DNA of 64,000 nt, from the NCBI GenBank assembly GCA_017626325.1, contig JAGAIZ010000064.1:951-64950 (forward strand), read 5' to 3'. The position numbers were made by a program, and so were the translations under genes. Source of the DNA: Lachnospiraceae bacterium. GTDB lineage: Bacteria > Bacillota > Clostridia > Lachnospirales > Lachnospiraceae. The notes under the pieces were generated by a model, which saw only the letters and a list, made by a program, of their open reading frames with translations, made no database searches and had not been told where the DNA came from. Shown here piece by piece: positions 27,465-36,969 of the stretch (positions are counted from its first letter, which is position 1; each line of letters opens with the position of its first letter).

Positions 27465-29330
27465 TTGAGCAGAAATAATAGAGGTTTTTATTTATATTTT
27501 GTGGTTATTATCGGGCTGCTTTTGTTCACGGTCTGGATCGGCACGCTTCAGGTACAGCACAGCGGATATACCAGAGGACAATTCGAAGTCCAGTTGAAAA
27601 ACGGAGAAGTGGCGCGCGTTGACATATGTCCCAATAAAGATACGCCGACAGGTTCTTTGGAGATTACGCTGAAGAATGGAGAAGAGAAGGTTCTCTATGT
27701 GACGGACGTCACAGAGATGGAAGAGCTGGTCAGAAGCTATAACATTGATCCTGCGGTACAGGATGTGCCGCAGGAAAGCTGGTTCCTAAACAGTATTCTT
27801 CCGATTCTGATCGTGGTGATTGTCTGTGTCTTTTTCTTTGCGATGATGAATGCCCAGAATGCCGGCGGCGGCGGCAGCAACGGCAAGATGATGAATTTCG
27901 GCAAAAGCCGTGCGAGACTCACAATGGGCAGCGAGAATAAAATTACGCTGGAAGAGGTCGCGGGGCTCAAGGAAGAGAAAGAAGAGCTGCAGGAGATCGT
28001 AGAATTCTTAAAGGATCCCGGGAAGTTTACAAAGGTAGGGGCGCGTATCCCCAAGGGAGTGCTCTTAGAGGGCGCACCCGGTACCGGAAAGACGCTTCTG
28101 GCAAAGGCGATCGCAGGAGAGGCGAATGTGCCTTTCTTTAGTATCTCCGGTTCCGATTTCGTAGAGATGTTTGTAGGCGTAGGCGCATCCCGTGTACGTG
28201 ATATGTTCGCGGAGGCTAAGAGACATGCTCCGTGTATTATCTTTATCGACGAGATCGACGCGGTGGCAAGACGACGCGGCACCGGTATGGGCGGCGGTCA
28301 TGACGAGCGCGAACAGACATTGAACCAGTTATTAGTGGAGATGGACGGCTTCGGTGTGAATGAAGGAATCATCGTCATGGCGGCAACGAACCGTGTGGAT
28401 ATACTGGATCCCGCGATCCTGCGTCCGGGACGTTTCGACAGGAAGATTACAGTGGCGTCTCCCGATGTACGGGGACGAGAGGATATTCTTAAGGTACATG
28501 CCAGAAATAAACCGCTTGGCGACGACGTAGATTTACAGCAGATCGCGCAGACTACAGCAGGCTTTACCGGCGCGGATCTGGAGAATCTCTTAAATGAAGC
28601 CGCTATCAATGCGGCCATGGATAAGCGTGTATTCGTAAAGCAGGAAGATATTAAGAAAGCTTTTATTAAAGTCGGTATCGGCGCGGAGAAAAAAAGCCGT
28701 ATTATTTCCGATAAAGAGAAGAAGATTACGGCTTATCATGAGGCGGGCCACGCGATTCTGTTCCATGTGCTGCCTGATGTGGGGCCGGTATATACAGTAT
28801 CTATTATTCCTACGGGACTGGGTGCGGCCGGTTATACTATGCCGCTTCCTGAAAAGGACGAAATGTTCATGACCAAAGGAAAGATGCTTCAGGATATTAT
28901 GGTATCTCTGGGCGGCCGTATTGCCGAGGAAATTATCTTTGATGATATTACGACGGGAGCTTCCAGTGATATTAAGAAAGCGACTAAGAGAGCCAGAGCT
29001 ATGGTAACGCGGTACGGCATGTCGGATCATATCGGCATTATAAATTATGATGACGATGATGATGAAGTGTTTATCGGCAGGGATCTGGCGCATGCCAAGA
29101 ATCACAGCGAGCTGATCTCCGGCGAGATCGATAAAGAAGTCAAGCTCATCATTGACGACTGTTATCAGAAGGCGAAGGACATTATTATGGAGCATGAAGA
29201 CGTGCTGCATAAATGCGCAGAGCTTCTGTTAGAGAAAGAAAAAATCAACCGTGCAGAATTCGAAGCGCTGTTTGACACCTATTATCCGCAGCCGGAAGAA
29301 CCCGGTGCAGAGATCAAAACAGAGGGATAG
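27465..29330 (+). CDS. ftsH: ATP-dependent zinc metalloprotease FtsH
   Basis: Two transmembrane helices, an AAA+ module with Walker A GAPGTGKT and Walker B IIFIDEID, the SRH, and the zinc motif HEAGHA. The start is a TTG preceded by GAAAGAGG. Confidence 0.97.
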   Translation: MSRNNRGFYLYFVVIIGLLLFTVWIGTLQVQHSGYTRGQFEVQLKNGEVARVDICPNKDTPTGSLEITLKNGEEKVLYVTDVTEMEELVRSYNIDPAVQDVPQESWFLNSILPILIVVIVCVFFFAMMNAQNAGGGGSNGKMMNFGKSRARLTMGSENKITLEEVAGLKEEKEELQEIVEFLKDPGKFTKVGARIPKGVLLEGAPGTGKTLLAKAIAGEANVPFFSISGSDFVEMFVGVGASRVRDMFAEAKRHAPCIIFIDEIDAVARRRGTGMGGGHDEREQTLNQLLVEMDGFGVNEGIIVMAATNRVDILDPAILRPGRFDRKITVASPDVRGREDILKVHARNKPLGDDVDLQQIAQTTAGFTGADLENLLNEAAINAAMDKRVFVKQEDIKKAFIKVGIGAEKKSRIISDKEKKITAYHEAGHAILFHVLPDVGPVYTVSIIPTGLGAAGYTMPLPEKDEMFMTKGKMLQDIMVSLGGRIAEEIIFDDITTGASSDIKKATKRARAMVTRYGMSDHIGIINYDDDDDEVFIGRDLAHAKNHSELISGEIDKEVKLIIDDCYQKAKDIIMEHEDVLHKCAELLLEKEKINRAEFEALFDTYYPQPEEPGAEIKTEG

Positions 29331-29486
29331 TTGTATAAAATGCACAAAAAACACAAAGTAAAATTGTAATATTTGTGAATCCTTGGTATTGTGGACGAAC
29401 AGGGGCTATGCTATTATACTACTTGTAACCCCCCAATACATTATATAGTTTTTTGCTATACCCCATAAGAAAGAAATACCTTCTCT

Positions 29487-29518
29487 AAAAAGGACAGCTT
29501 TTACAGGCTGTCTTTTTT
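29487..29518 (+). terminator. Rho-independent terminator after ftsH
   Basis: AAAAGGACAGC and GCTGTCTTTTTT form a stem-loop followed by a T-run. Confidence 0.7.
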
Positions 29519-29653
29519 ACTATCCGTCTGTCATGAAGATTTTGTTTGAAAAAAAGCATTCGAAATCGTTTAAGTCTTGAATCTCCACGATATATAGTAT
29601 AAAATAAAAATATCTATTTTTTTCGCATTTTTTAGAAGAGGGCTAATACGAAT

Positions 29654-31786
29654 ATGGATATCAATCAATTTCAGAAAGCAGAAAAGTATCAGCAGTATAT
29701 AGCCGGTATGCGGCCGGTGTTTAACCGGAAGGCATTGTTTTCGGATATGACGGAGGATTATGTGTGTCCGCCGGAACCCAGCGCTTATGGAGAGGTAGTA
29801 ATTCATTTCCGCTCTGCAAAGAACAATATTGACAGAGTGTTCTTCGTCTCTAAAGGCGAGAAGCATATAATGATGAAAACAGAGTCGGATGAATATTTCG
29901 ATTATTATTCTCATTCCGTTCAGTTAGAGAATGAGAAGCTGATTTATTATTTTCAGGTACAGGCAGGTAAAATTTCCTGTTACTATGATACCAGGGGAGT
30001 CTGCAAGGATATCAATGAATATTATCATTTCCAGTTGATTCCGGGTTTCAAGACGCCTGACTGGGCGAAAGGAGCGGTGTTCTATCAGATATACGTAGAC
30101 CGCTTCTATAATGGGGATCCGTCCAATGATGTGCTGACCAATGAATATCAGTACATCGGCGATAAGACGGTTAAGGTGGAGGATTGGAATAAGTATCCTG
30201 CCGCTATGGGAGTCAGGGAATTCTACGGAGGCGACCTGCAGGGTGTGCTGGATAAGATGGATTATCTGCAGGAGCTGGGCGTTGATGTTATCTATTTCAA
30301 TCCCTTATTCGTATCGCCGTCCAATCATAAATACGATATACAGGACTATGATTATATCGATCCTCATTTCGGCAGGATTGTGCATGATGAAGGGGAGCTG
30401 CTGCGCCCCGATCAGTGTGAGAACCGCTTCGCGACCAGGTATATTGACCGCGTTTCCAACAAAGAGAATCTGGAAGCCAGCAATGCTCTTTTTGCAGAGG
30501 TAGTAAAAGAAGCTCACAGAAGGGGTATGAAGGTTATTCTGGACGGTGTGTTCAATCATTGCGGTTCCTTTAATAAATGGCTGGACAGAGAGCGTATTTA
30601 TGAGAATGCGCCCGGTTATGAGAAAGGCGCTTATATTACCAAGGACAGTCCTTACCATAATTATTTTCAGTTCTATGATGACAATAAATTTCCTTATAAT
30701 GGCTCTTATGACGGCTGGTGGGGGCACGACACGCTACCGAAGCTGAATTATGAGAATTCCAGAGAACTGCTGGATTATGTGTTATATATCGGCAGGAAAT
30801 GGGTATCTCCGCCTTACAATGTAGATGGCTGGCGGCTGGATGTGGCAGCGGACTTGGGACATAGCCCTGAGTTTAATCACAATTTCTGGAAAGAGTTTCG
30901 CAGGACGGTAAAGGAGGCAAATCCCAATGCGATTATTCTGGCAGAGCATTATGGCTGTCCGAAAGACTGGCTGCAGGGGGACGAGTGGGATACCGTCATG
31001 AATTATGACGCCTTTATGGAGCCGGTCACCTGGTTTTTGACGGGGATGCAGAAGCACAGCGACGATTACAGAGAAGATCTGCGGGGCAATGCGGACAGCT
31101 TCTGGGGCGCCATGCGTCATCATAGTGCGAGTTTTACGATGCCTTCCCTGTTGGTAGCGATGAATGAGCTGTCCAATCATGATCATTCCCGTTTCCTGAC
31201 GAGAACAAACCGTAAAGTGGGCAGAACGAATACGCTTGGTCCTCAGGCGGCCAATGAGGGCGTTAATAAGGCGGTTATGCGCGAGGCGGTCGTTATCCAG
31301 ATGACATGGCCCGGTGCACCCACGATCTATTATGGAGACGAGGCGGGCGTCTGCGGTTTCACAGACCCGGATAACAGGCGTACCTATCCATGGGGACAGG
31401 AAGATCAGGAATTGATAGACTTTCATAAGGACATCATTAAGATTCATAAAATGCACCAGGAATTTCAGACCGGTTCTTTGAAATATATGGAAGCGGAGTA
31501 CAATGTGATCGGTTACGGCAGGTTCACCAGGCAGGGACAGTCGGCGGTATTGATTAATAATAACGATTATGAGATTACGAAGGATCTGTCCGTATGGTAT
31601 TTGGGAATTCCCAAGGAGTGTACGGTGAAGCAGATTTTCCTGACCACGGCGGAAGGTTATACGACTGTGGAGAAGGAATATCCGGTAATCGGCGGCAAGG
31701 TCAGCGTGACGCTGCCCCCGACTTCGGCGATTATTCTGCATTATGATAACCGCGCCATAAAAAATTTCTTGCATTTTATGGAGTGA
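29654..31786 (+). CDS. Glycoside hydrolase family 13 enzyme (neopullulanase/cyclomaltodextrinase-like), cytoplasmic
   Basis: All four GH13 conserved regions are present: ILDGVFNHCG, DGWRLDVAADL, ILAEHYG and LSNHDHSRF. No signal peptide. Confidence 0.9.
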   Translation: MDINQFQKAEKYQQYIAGMRPVFNRKALFSDMTEDYVCPPEPSAYGEVVIHFRSAKNNIDRVFFVSKGEKHIMMKTESDEYFDYYSHSVQLENEKLIYYFQVQAGKISCYYDTRGVCKDINEYYHFQLIPGFKTPDWAKGAVFYQIYVDRFYNGDPSNDVLTNEYQYIGDKTVKVEDWNKYPAAMGVREFYGGDLQGVLDKMDYLQELGVDVIYFNPLFVSPSNHKYDIQDYDYIDPHFGRIVHDEGELLRPDQCENRFATRYIDRVSNKENLEASNALFAEVVKEAHRRGMKVILDGVFNHCGSFNKWLDRERIYENAPGYEKGAYITKDSPYHNYFQFYDDNKFPYNGSYDGWWGHDTLPKLNYENSRELLDYVLYIGRKWVSPPYNVDGWRLDVAADLGHSPEFNHNFWKEFRRTVKEANPNAIILAEHYGCPKDWLQGDEWDTVMNYDAFMEPVTWFLTGMQKHSDDYREDLRGNADSFWGAMRHHSASFTMPSLLVAMNELSNHDHSRFLTRTNRKVGRTNTLGPQAANEGVNKAVMREAVVIQMTWPGAPTIYYGDEAGVCGFTDPDNRRTYPWGQEDQELIDFHKDIIKIHKMHQEFQTGSLKYMEAEYNVIGYGRFTRQGQSAVLINNNDYEITKDLSVWYLGIPKECTVKQIFLTTAEGYTTVEKEYPVIGGKVSVTLPPTSAIILHYDNRAIKNFLHFME

Positions 31787-31861
31787 TATGTTATAAATGA
31801 TATTTGTGAGACATGCTGATTTATCTGCCTGTTGAGACAGGCAGTCGGATGTGCTCACTAT

Positions 31862-31943
31862 GGATGGATTCCCGAGTGGCCAAAGGGGACAGACTGTAAA
31901 TCTGCTGCAAATTGCTTCGGTGGTTCGAATCCACCTCCATCCA
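31862..31943 (+). tRNA. tRNA-Tyr (anticodon GTA)
   Basis: The acceptor stem GGATGGA/TCCATCC folds by hand. The anticodon loop is CTGTAAA, there is a long variable arm, and the T-arm is GGTGG-TTCGAAT-CCACC. CCA is not encoded. Confidence 0.9.
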
Positions 31944-31947
31944 TTTT

Positions 31948-32033
31948 GCCGGCGTGGCGGAACTGGCAGACGCACAGGACTTAAAATCCTGCGGGGCTAA
32001 CCCCCCGTACCGGTTCGATTCCGGTCGCCGGCA
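31948..32033 (+). tRNA. tRNA-Leu (anticodon TAA)
   Basis: Acceptor stem GCCGGCG/CGCCGGC. The anticodon stem CAGGA/TCCTG carries the loop CTTAAAA. There is a long variable arm, and the T-arm is ACCGG-TTCGATT-CCGGT. Confidence 0.9.
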
Positions 32034-32037
32034 GTAG

Positions 32038-32069
32038 AAAACTCTTGAGAAATCAAGAGTTTTTCTTTT
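32038..32069 (+). terminator. Rho-independent terminator after the tRNA pair
   Basis: A perfect 11-bp stem AAAACTCTTGA / TCAAGAGTTTT with a GAAA loop, followed by a T-run. Confidence 0.85.
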
Positions 32070-32140
32070 ATCCAAGAGCGTAAATTCTGTATACCTAAAA
32101 CAAATCATGAAGCAGATCTTTTAAGATTTCTGTTAATATA

Positions 32141-33082
32141 TCAAAAGCCAATTTCCATAGTTTGGATAATTTCTTCAGGATTCTCTTTCATTCTTGCAAT
32201 GATAGTACAAATACCATGTTCAGAAGTCGGCAAAGTAAAGGAAGCATTGGTATTGAAATCCTGCAGCCAGTACTGTTCATCTTCATTTGGAGTTATGATA
32301 ATCCGGTATTCCATATTGTTTCTGTTAGAGGCAATATGGTAAGTTGTTATTTGTTTTCCATCCTCTGTTACTGCATCTTTGGAATATAATCCATAAAAGT
32401 CAGGATCAGTATTGGCAAGCATTTCCGCATAAGTGGTATAAAAAAGAGAGTAATTTTGTTCGGCATTGCTGGTAAGGACTTGATGCAGTACAGGATTAAA
32501 TAAATTTACGCCGGAGGCATTTAAATGATTATTATCATGGAAACAGGTGTGCTTGTCCAAATTTAAATATTGTTGTTTGATCAGGTTGAAATCATAAAAC
32601 TCCACGTTATATTCAGCAGCGATCTCTCTGACTTGGTTAATATAGTTATCATAATCAAGAGTGCTTATGAGCAGTAGATTATCCATAGGAGAAATAAAAA
32701 GCGTAATGGAAATATCTTCTTGTTGACAATGCTCTATGATTTTACGGAGATATACTTCGCTGATTTCTCCGATTGGATCTTCTCTCAAAGTTCTTCCCTG
32801 ACTGACTAATCTGTTTCCATCCTTGAATTTTCTTGTAGAATATAAATACATTCCATCATAATATTTTGCATAACCGTTTTCGCCAAATTCTTCATAATAG
32901 TTGTAAGAACGATAATCATCGGTGGATTTGGTTTCCTTTATAAAAATATAATTTCCCTTATTTTGTACACAGTTTAGATTATTGTATAAAAAAGCGGCTA
33001 GCGTTTGTTCTGATCTGATCTTTATTACAATGATATTATATAAATAATCAGAGTAAAAGATATTGGCTTGCCATATTTTCAT
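32141..33082 (-). CDS. Hypothetical protein with an SGNH/DltD-like C-terminal block; possibly a 5'-truncated remnant
   Basis: FHDNNHLNASG resembles the DxxH block V of SGNH/DltD-type esterases. No N-terminal Ser block, signal peptide or membrane anchor is present. No RBS precedes the ATG at 33082. The gene is very AT-rich. Confidence 0.4.
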   Translation of the reverse strand: MKIWQANIFYSDYLYNIIVIKIRSEQTLAAFLYNNLNCVQNKGNYIFIKETKSTDDYRSYNYYEEFGENGYAKYYDGMYLYSTRKFKDGNRLVSQGRTLREDPIGEISEVYLRKIIEHCQQEDISITLFISPMDNLLLISTLDYDNYINQVREIAAEYNVEFYDFNLIKQQYLNLDKHTCFHDNNHLNASGVNLFNPVLHQVLTSNAEQNYSLFYTTYAEMLANTDPDFYGLYSKDAVTEDGKQITTYHIASNRNNMEYRIIITPNEDEQYWLQDFNTNASFTLPTSEHGICTIIARMKENPEEIIQTMEIGF

Positions 33083-33259
33083 ATATATAATATGATTATA
33101 TTGTAAAGAAAAGGAAAATAGTGTCGTTTTTCTTTCAAGGATAAACAGAAATGTGTCTAACTCTTCATGATATAATTTGAAAAATATATAGAACGGCAGA
33201 TCAATTATATGAAAAAGAGTACGACCCGATTTACCAAAGAAGAAAGCAAAGGTGATAGT

Positions 33260-33439
33260 ATGCCGACAGTTGAAAACGTAAATTATGAGATGTTTGATTA
33301 TTTAAAGCAAATCAAAGAATATATCTCTGATTTTAAAAAACTGCCCAAGGAAGAAGCACAGAAGAAGGCACATAAAAATCTGATGGATGCGGGAATAGTT
33401 GATGCGAAAGGTGATCTGACCGGTTTTTATAAGCAGTAG
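33260..33439 (+). CDS. Small (59 aa) charged helical protein, candidate partner or antitoxin of the downstream gene
   Basis: AAAGGTG lies 6 nt before the ATG at 33260. The ORF ends 24 nt before the next gene. I recognise no family. Confidence 0.45.
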   Translation: MPTVENVNYEMFDYLKQIKEYISDFKKLPKEEAQKKAHKNLMDAGIVDAKGDLTGFYKQ

Positions 33440-33463
33440 TATTATTACCATTGAGGGTTTAGA

Positions 33464-34051
33464 ATGTACAAGACATTACATAATCTTGTTTTAGGATTTC
33501 ATGGATGCAGTCGTGAAACATATGAAAAAGTTTTAATTAACCACGAAGAGTTAAGTAAAAGCATGAATGACTATGACTGGTTGGGCAATGGCATTTATTT
33601 TTGGGAAAATAGTTATGCCAGAGCACTGGAATGGGCAGAGAGATTTAAAAAGGATGAAGGACCGTCAGTTATTGGAGCAGTTATTGATTTGGGATATTGT
33701 TTAAACTTGAGTGATTATGGTTGTACTGAAGTTTTATCATCGGTTTATGGATTATTAAGTGAAGAATGCCAAATGGAAGGAATTGGGCTGCCTGAAAATG
33801 GTGGAAAAGATAGCCTAAAACCTTTTCGGCGATTAGATTGCGCTGTTATTGAAAGGTTGCATAAACTAAATCAGGAAATAGAACAATCTGAATATGACAG
33901 CGTTAGAGGGATATTTTTTGAAGGAAAACCTATATATCCTAATGCGGGTTTTTTAGACAAAACTCATATTCAGATATGTGTCAGAAATCCAAATTGTATT
34001 AAAGGCTATTTTTCTCCTAAAGAGTATAATAAAAAATTTGCAAGGATATAG
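33464..34051 (+). CDS. Hypothetical 195-aa protein with a PARP-like ADP-ribosyltransferase-fold signature
   Basis: RBS GAGGG lies upstream. The motifs appear in ART order: GFHGCS (His13), GNGIYFWENSYARALEWA (Tyr45), SVIGAVIDLG, and THIQICVRNPNCIKGYF (Gln170 where PARP has the catalytic Glu). The functional call is an inference from motif resemblance only. Confidence 0.55.
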   Translation: MYKTLHNLVLGFHGCSRETYEKVLINHEELSKSMNDYDWLGNGIYFWENSYARALEWAERFKKDEGPSVIGAVIDLGYCLNLSDYGCTEVLSSVYGLLSEECQMEGIGLPENGGKDSLKPFRRLDCAVIERLHKLNQEIEQSEYDSVRGIFFEGKPIYPNAGFLDKTHIQICVRNPNCIKGYFSPKEYNKKFARI

Positions 34052-34071
34052 ATATAATATTTTTAGAGTGC

Positions 34072-34107
34072 AAAAGGGTATCTCGCATAATGGAAATACC
34101 CTTTTTT
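34072..34107. terminator. Bidirectional terminator between convergent genes
   Basis: AAAAGGGTAT (34072-34081) pairs with ATACCCTTTT (34096-34105). The stem is flanked by an A-run on one side and a T-run on the other. Confidence 0.7.
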
Positions 34108-34108
34108 A

Positions 34109-35215
34109 TTACTCCCGATCAACTTTTCTCCAATTCCTGCCACTGTCTATTACACAGAATAAAACGGTAATAAATACAATCCAAAGCTGTACATGATATA
34201 GCCCGTATACCCGACAGAATTCCTCCATGTTATAATACATCACCAGCATGAACGGAAGACAACCGGATATCAGGCGAAACAGCATTCCTCTCATACATAG
34301 ATAGACGGCGCATGGAAGAAGCCATATTGCAATGTTTGACAGGATTGCCTGAAAATTATTTTTCATTTCCGAGGAAATCCAGATACAGATTGCAGTCAGC
34401 ATCACCAGTGCGGCTAATATAATGATTACATATTTTATTACATAAAAGTCGATCCTGCCGCGCACCAGATCATTGAATCCGTAACTATGTGCGGCGATTG
34501 CGGCAGGCACATCGCCGCCATCCAGTCCGAATACAGACCAAAATAATAAAAATGAAATTCCTAAGAAGATAAAACCTGCTGCCAGACAAATCGTAAAGGC
34601 AGCCCCTACCTTCGCAAGGATATCCGTATGGAGTCCGTTCTCTGTTGTAAAAATGAGAGAACGGGTATCATTCTGCCGCTCTTCACTGAACAAGGTGGAG
34701 AATGCAATAATAAACCATGCACTCAAAATCTGTGCTCCCATCTGTAAATAATCTAAAAGCTTTTCCCATCCTTTGGTATATGCAAAGGGAAGCGAAGAAT
34801 CCACATAGATATCTAAGCTGGACTCCGCCATAGGGATCACATGCTCTGCAACTTTATATTCTCCTTCTTCCCATCCCCGCATGTACCCGTCAGACAGATA
34901 ATCTGTAACAAATCCATTTAAATAGTTGGAATCCTGCCAATAGCCGTACTCCCACACTACTTTACTGGGAAAGCCGTATCTTGCAATAATTTGCTCTGCG
35001 GTTTTATCTGTGAAAATACCTTTGTATTCTTCTGTGATTTCCCGGTCTTTCTGTATTGCTTCATAGCCATAATAATCAACGCCGTCAACGGTAGTATGTT
35101 CTTCTGATATGAGCATATAGAAATAGAGCGCCATCCATAACAGCATCAGAACACCTAGCGCAAGGACAAGCTTTTTATGTAATATTTTATATAATTCCAT
35201 TTTGTATAAACGCAT
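34109..35215 (-). CDS. ABC-2-type transporter permease-like polytopic membrane protein
   Basis: One N-terminal helix, a large loop of about 110 aa, then about five helices. It lies downstream of the ABC ATPase. GGAGG lies 6 nt before the ATG at 35215. Confidence 0.7.
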   Translation of the reverse strand: MRLYKMELYKILHKKLVLALGVLMLLWMALYFYMLISEEHTTVDGVDYYGYEAIQKDREITEEYKGIFTDKTAEQIIARYGFPSKVVWEYGYWQDSNYLNGFVTDYLSDGYMRGWEEGEYKVAEHVIPMAESSLDIYVDSSLPFAYTKGWEKLLDYLQMGAQILSAWFIIAFSTLFSEERQNDTRSLIFTTENGLHTDILAKVGAAFTICLAAGFIFLGISFLLFWSVFGLDGGDVPAAIAAHSYGFNDLVRGRIDFYVIKYVIIILAALVMLTAICIWISSEMKNNFQAILSNIAIWLLPCAVYLCMRGMLFRLISGCLPFMLVMYYNMEEFCRVYGLYHVQLWIVFITVLFCVIDSGRNWRKVDRE

Positions 35216-35308
35216 AAGGGACCTCCATCTCTTAACTTTCTTTGTCACAGAAATTCTTATCAAATTTATAATTTGTGTTTATTGCTTATGGTCTGTATTT
35301 AGACCGCA

Positions 35309-36172
35309 TTAAGTGGATAAGTAATACAGATAAGCATCTTCCAGTGTGGGAGCTACATTGACTGCATCTGCCGTAGGAGCAGTATTTGAAACAATTCTGA
35401 GTAATACCCCCTGTTCCACATTCTTAAGATTGCTGACAAGGTACTTTGCACTGAACTGATCGGAATCCTTCTGTGGGACGATGCACTCCCAGACGGCTTG
35501 TTTCACAGGTTTGATCATTTCGTCCGGTGTTCCGCGGACAGCCAGTTTACCGCTCTTCATCATCAGTATCTTATCTGCGATATACTCGATATCCGATACG
35601 ATATGGGTAGAGAGTATAATGATCCGGTCTTTGCTGAGTGAACTGATAATATTACGAAACCGAACACGTTCCTTGGGGTCAAGACCGGATGTGGGCTCAT
35701 CTAAGATTAAAATTTCCGGTTCGTTGAGCAGTGCCTGTGCAATACCCACTCTTTTTAACATACCGCCTGAAAAGGTTTTGAGCTTTTTATCTTTTACGTC
35801 GATCAGGTTTACTAACTCCAATAATTCAGAAACTCTTTTCCCGGCATAGTCATCCGGCAGGGCTTTTAAAGCAGCCATATACATGAGAAAACGCCATGCG
35901 CTGTAGTCAGGATAGTAACCGAAATCCTGCGGTAGATAACCAAGCAGTCTCCGGTAAGAGCCGCCCATTTTTTCAATTTCTGTGCCGTCACATAGTATTT
36001 TGCCTTCGTTTTTTTCCAGCAGACCGCAGATCATCCTCATCAGCGTTGTCTTTCCGGCACCGTTTTCCCCTAATAGTCCGTATACGCCGTGTGTTAAAGT
36101 GACATTTATGTTATTTACAGCTTTTTTTCCTTTGTATTCTTTGCTGACTTTATCCAGTTTTAATTCCTGCAT
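35309..36172 (-). CDS. ABC transporter ATP-binding protein
   Basis: Walker A GENGAGKTT, signature FSGGMLKRVG and Walker B ILILDEPTSGLD. Confidence 0.92.
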   Translation of the reverse strand: MQELKLDKVSKEYKGKKAVNNINVTLTHGVYGLLGENGAGKTTLMRMICGLLEKNEGKILCDGTEIEKMGGSYRRLLGYLPQDFGYYPDYSAWRFLMYMAALKALPDDYAGKRVSELLELVNLIDVKDKKLKTFSGGMLKRVGIAQALLNEPEILILDEPTSGLDPKERVRFRNIISSLSKDRIIILSTHIVSDIEYIADKILMMKSGKLAVRGTPDEMIKPVKQAVWECIVPQKDSDQFSAKYLVSNLKNVEQGVLLRIVSNTAPTADAVNVAPTLEDAYLYYLST

Positions 36173-36969
36173 AACAGATCACCCCTTTTCATTTTTTCCA
36201 GCATCATGGCAGCTTCAAAGCTATAACCTGCAATACATAGCAAAAGTATGAAAACCCAGATACCCAATGCAGTTTGCTCATAAACCTCAGAAAAAGTTGA
36301 AACTTCAACCCATAGGACGGTCATAAAAAGCCCGATGGCAATCAGACCGTAATTATTTTTTTTTCCTAATCCCATCAGCAGAACCATAAATTGAACACAT
36401 CCTGTCATCAGAAAGGGAACCAGAAAATAAATACCTATTTCGACGGCATTTTTTTGGACATTGCCGGATAAGGCAAGTGAGAGAACAGTCATAAACAATA
36501 GATTTATAATGCCATATAAGATCATTCGCAGGGCACATATTTGGCGATGGTTAAAAAAGCAGCTTCCGGCAAGTTCTGCTATACCAAATGTCTCCTCGCG
36601 GTTGCAGCCAATCATCATAAACATACTGAAAATCGGAGCGGAAGCGGTAATCGGAATATAAATAATCCTTTCCTGCATCGTATTGTGGAAAAACCAGTAT
36701 ACTGAAAGCAGCAGCAGTAAACAGATACCCTGAATTGCTATGACTTTATAATCAAGGAACCGCATTTGTGCCCTGATGATTTCTCTTTTGGAGGATAACG
36801 GGATGATTTTTTTATGTTCTATTTCCTGATTTAACAAAAGAAGAGATTGCGCCTTTTTCTTCTCATCAATCGGAATCTGCAAACTGTCCTGATGAAATAT
36901 TTCCGTTAAGTCCGTTTTCCGGACGGGGGTTGATTCGGAATTTATTTGGAGTTTTATTTTTGCTTTCAT
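36160..36969 (-). CDS. Polytopic membrane protein, putative anti-sigma factor/partner of the upstream ECF sigma
   Basis: Its ATG overlaps the sigma gene stop in an ATGA junction (36966-36969). It has a cytoplasmic N-terminal segment of about 85 aa followed by about six helices. Its 3' end overlaps the ABC ATPase start by 13 nt. Confidence 0.55.
   Translation of the reverse strand: MKAKIKLQINSESTPVRKTDLTEIFHQDSLQIPIDEKKKAQSLLLLNQEIEHKKIIPLSSKREIIRAQMRFLDYKVIAIQGICLLLLLSVYWFFHNTMQERIIYIPITASAPIFSMFMMIGCNREETFGIAELAGSCFFNHRQICALRMILYGIINLLFMTVLSLALSGNVQKNAVEIGIYFLVPFLMTGCVQFMVLLMGLGKKNNYGLIAIGLFMTVLWVEVSTFSEVYEQTALGIWVFILLLCIAGYSFEAAMMLEKMKRGDLLCRN

Noticed and set aside
30782-31975. 397-aa minus-strand ORF
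   Set aside because: It is antisense to the GH13 gene and runs through tRNA-Tyr into tRNA-Leu. Its low-complexity Arg/Ile/His-rich composition points to an artefact.
31821-32108. 95-aa minus-strand ORF
   Set aside because: It overlaps both tRNA genes and their terminator, so it is not credible as coding.
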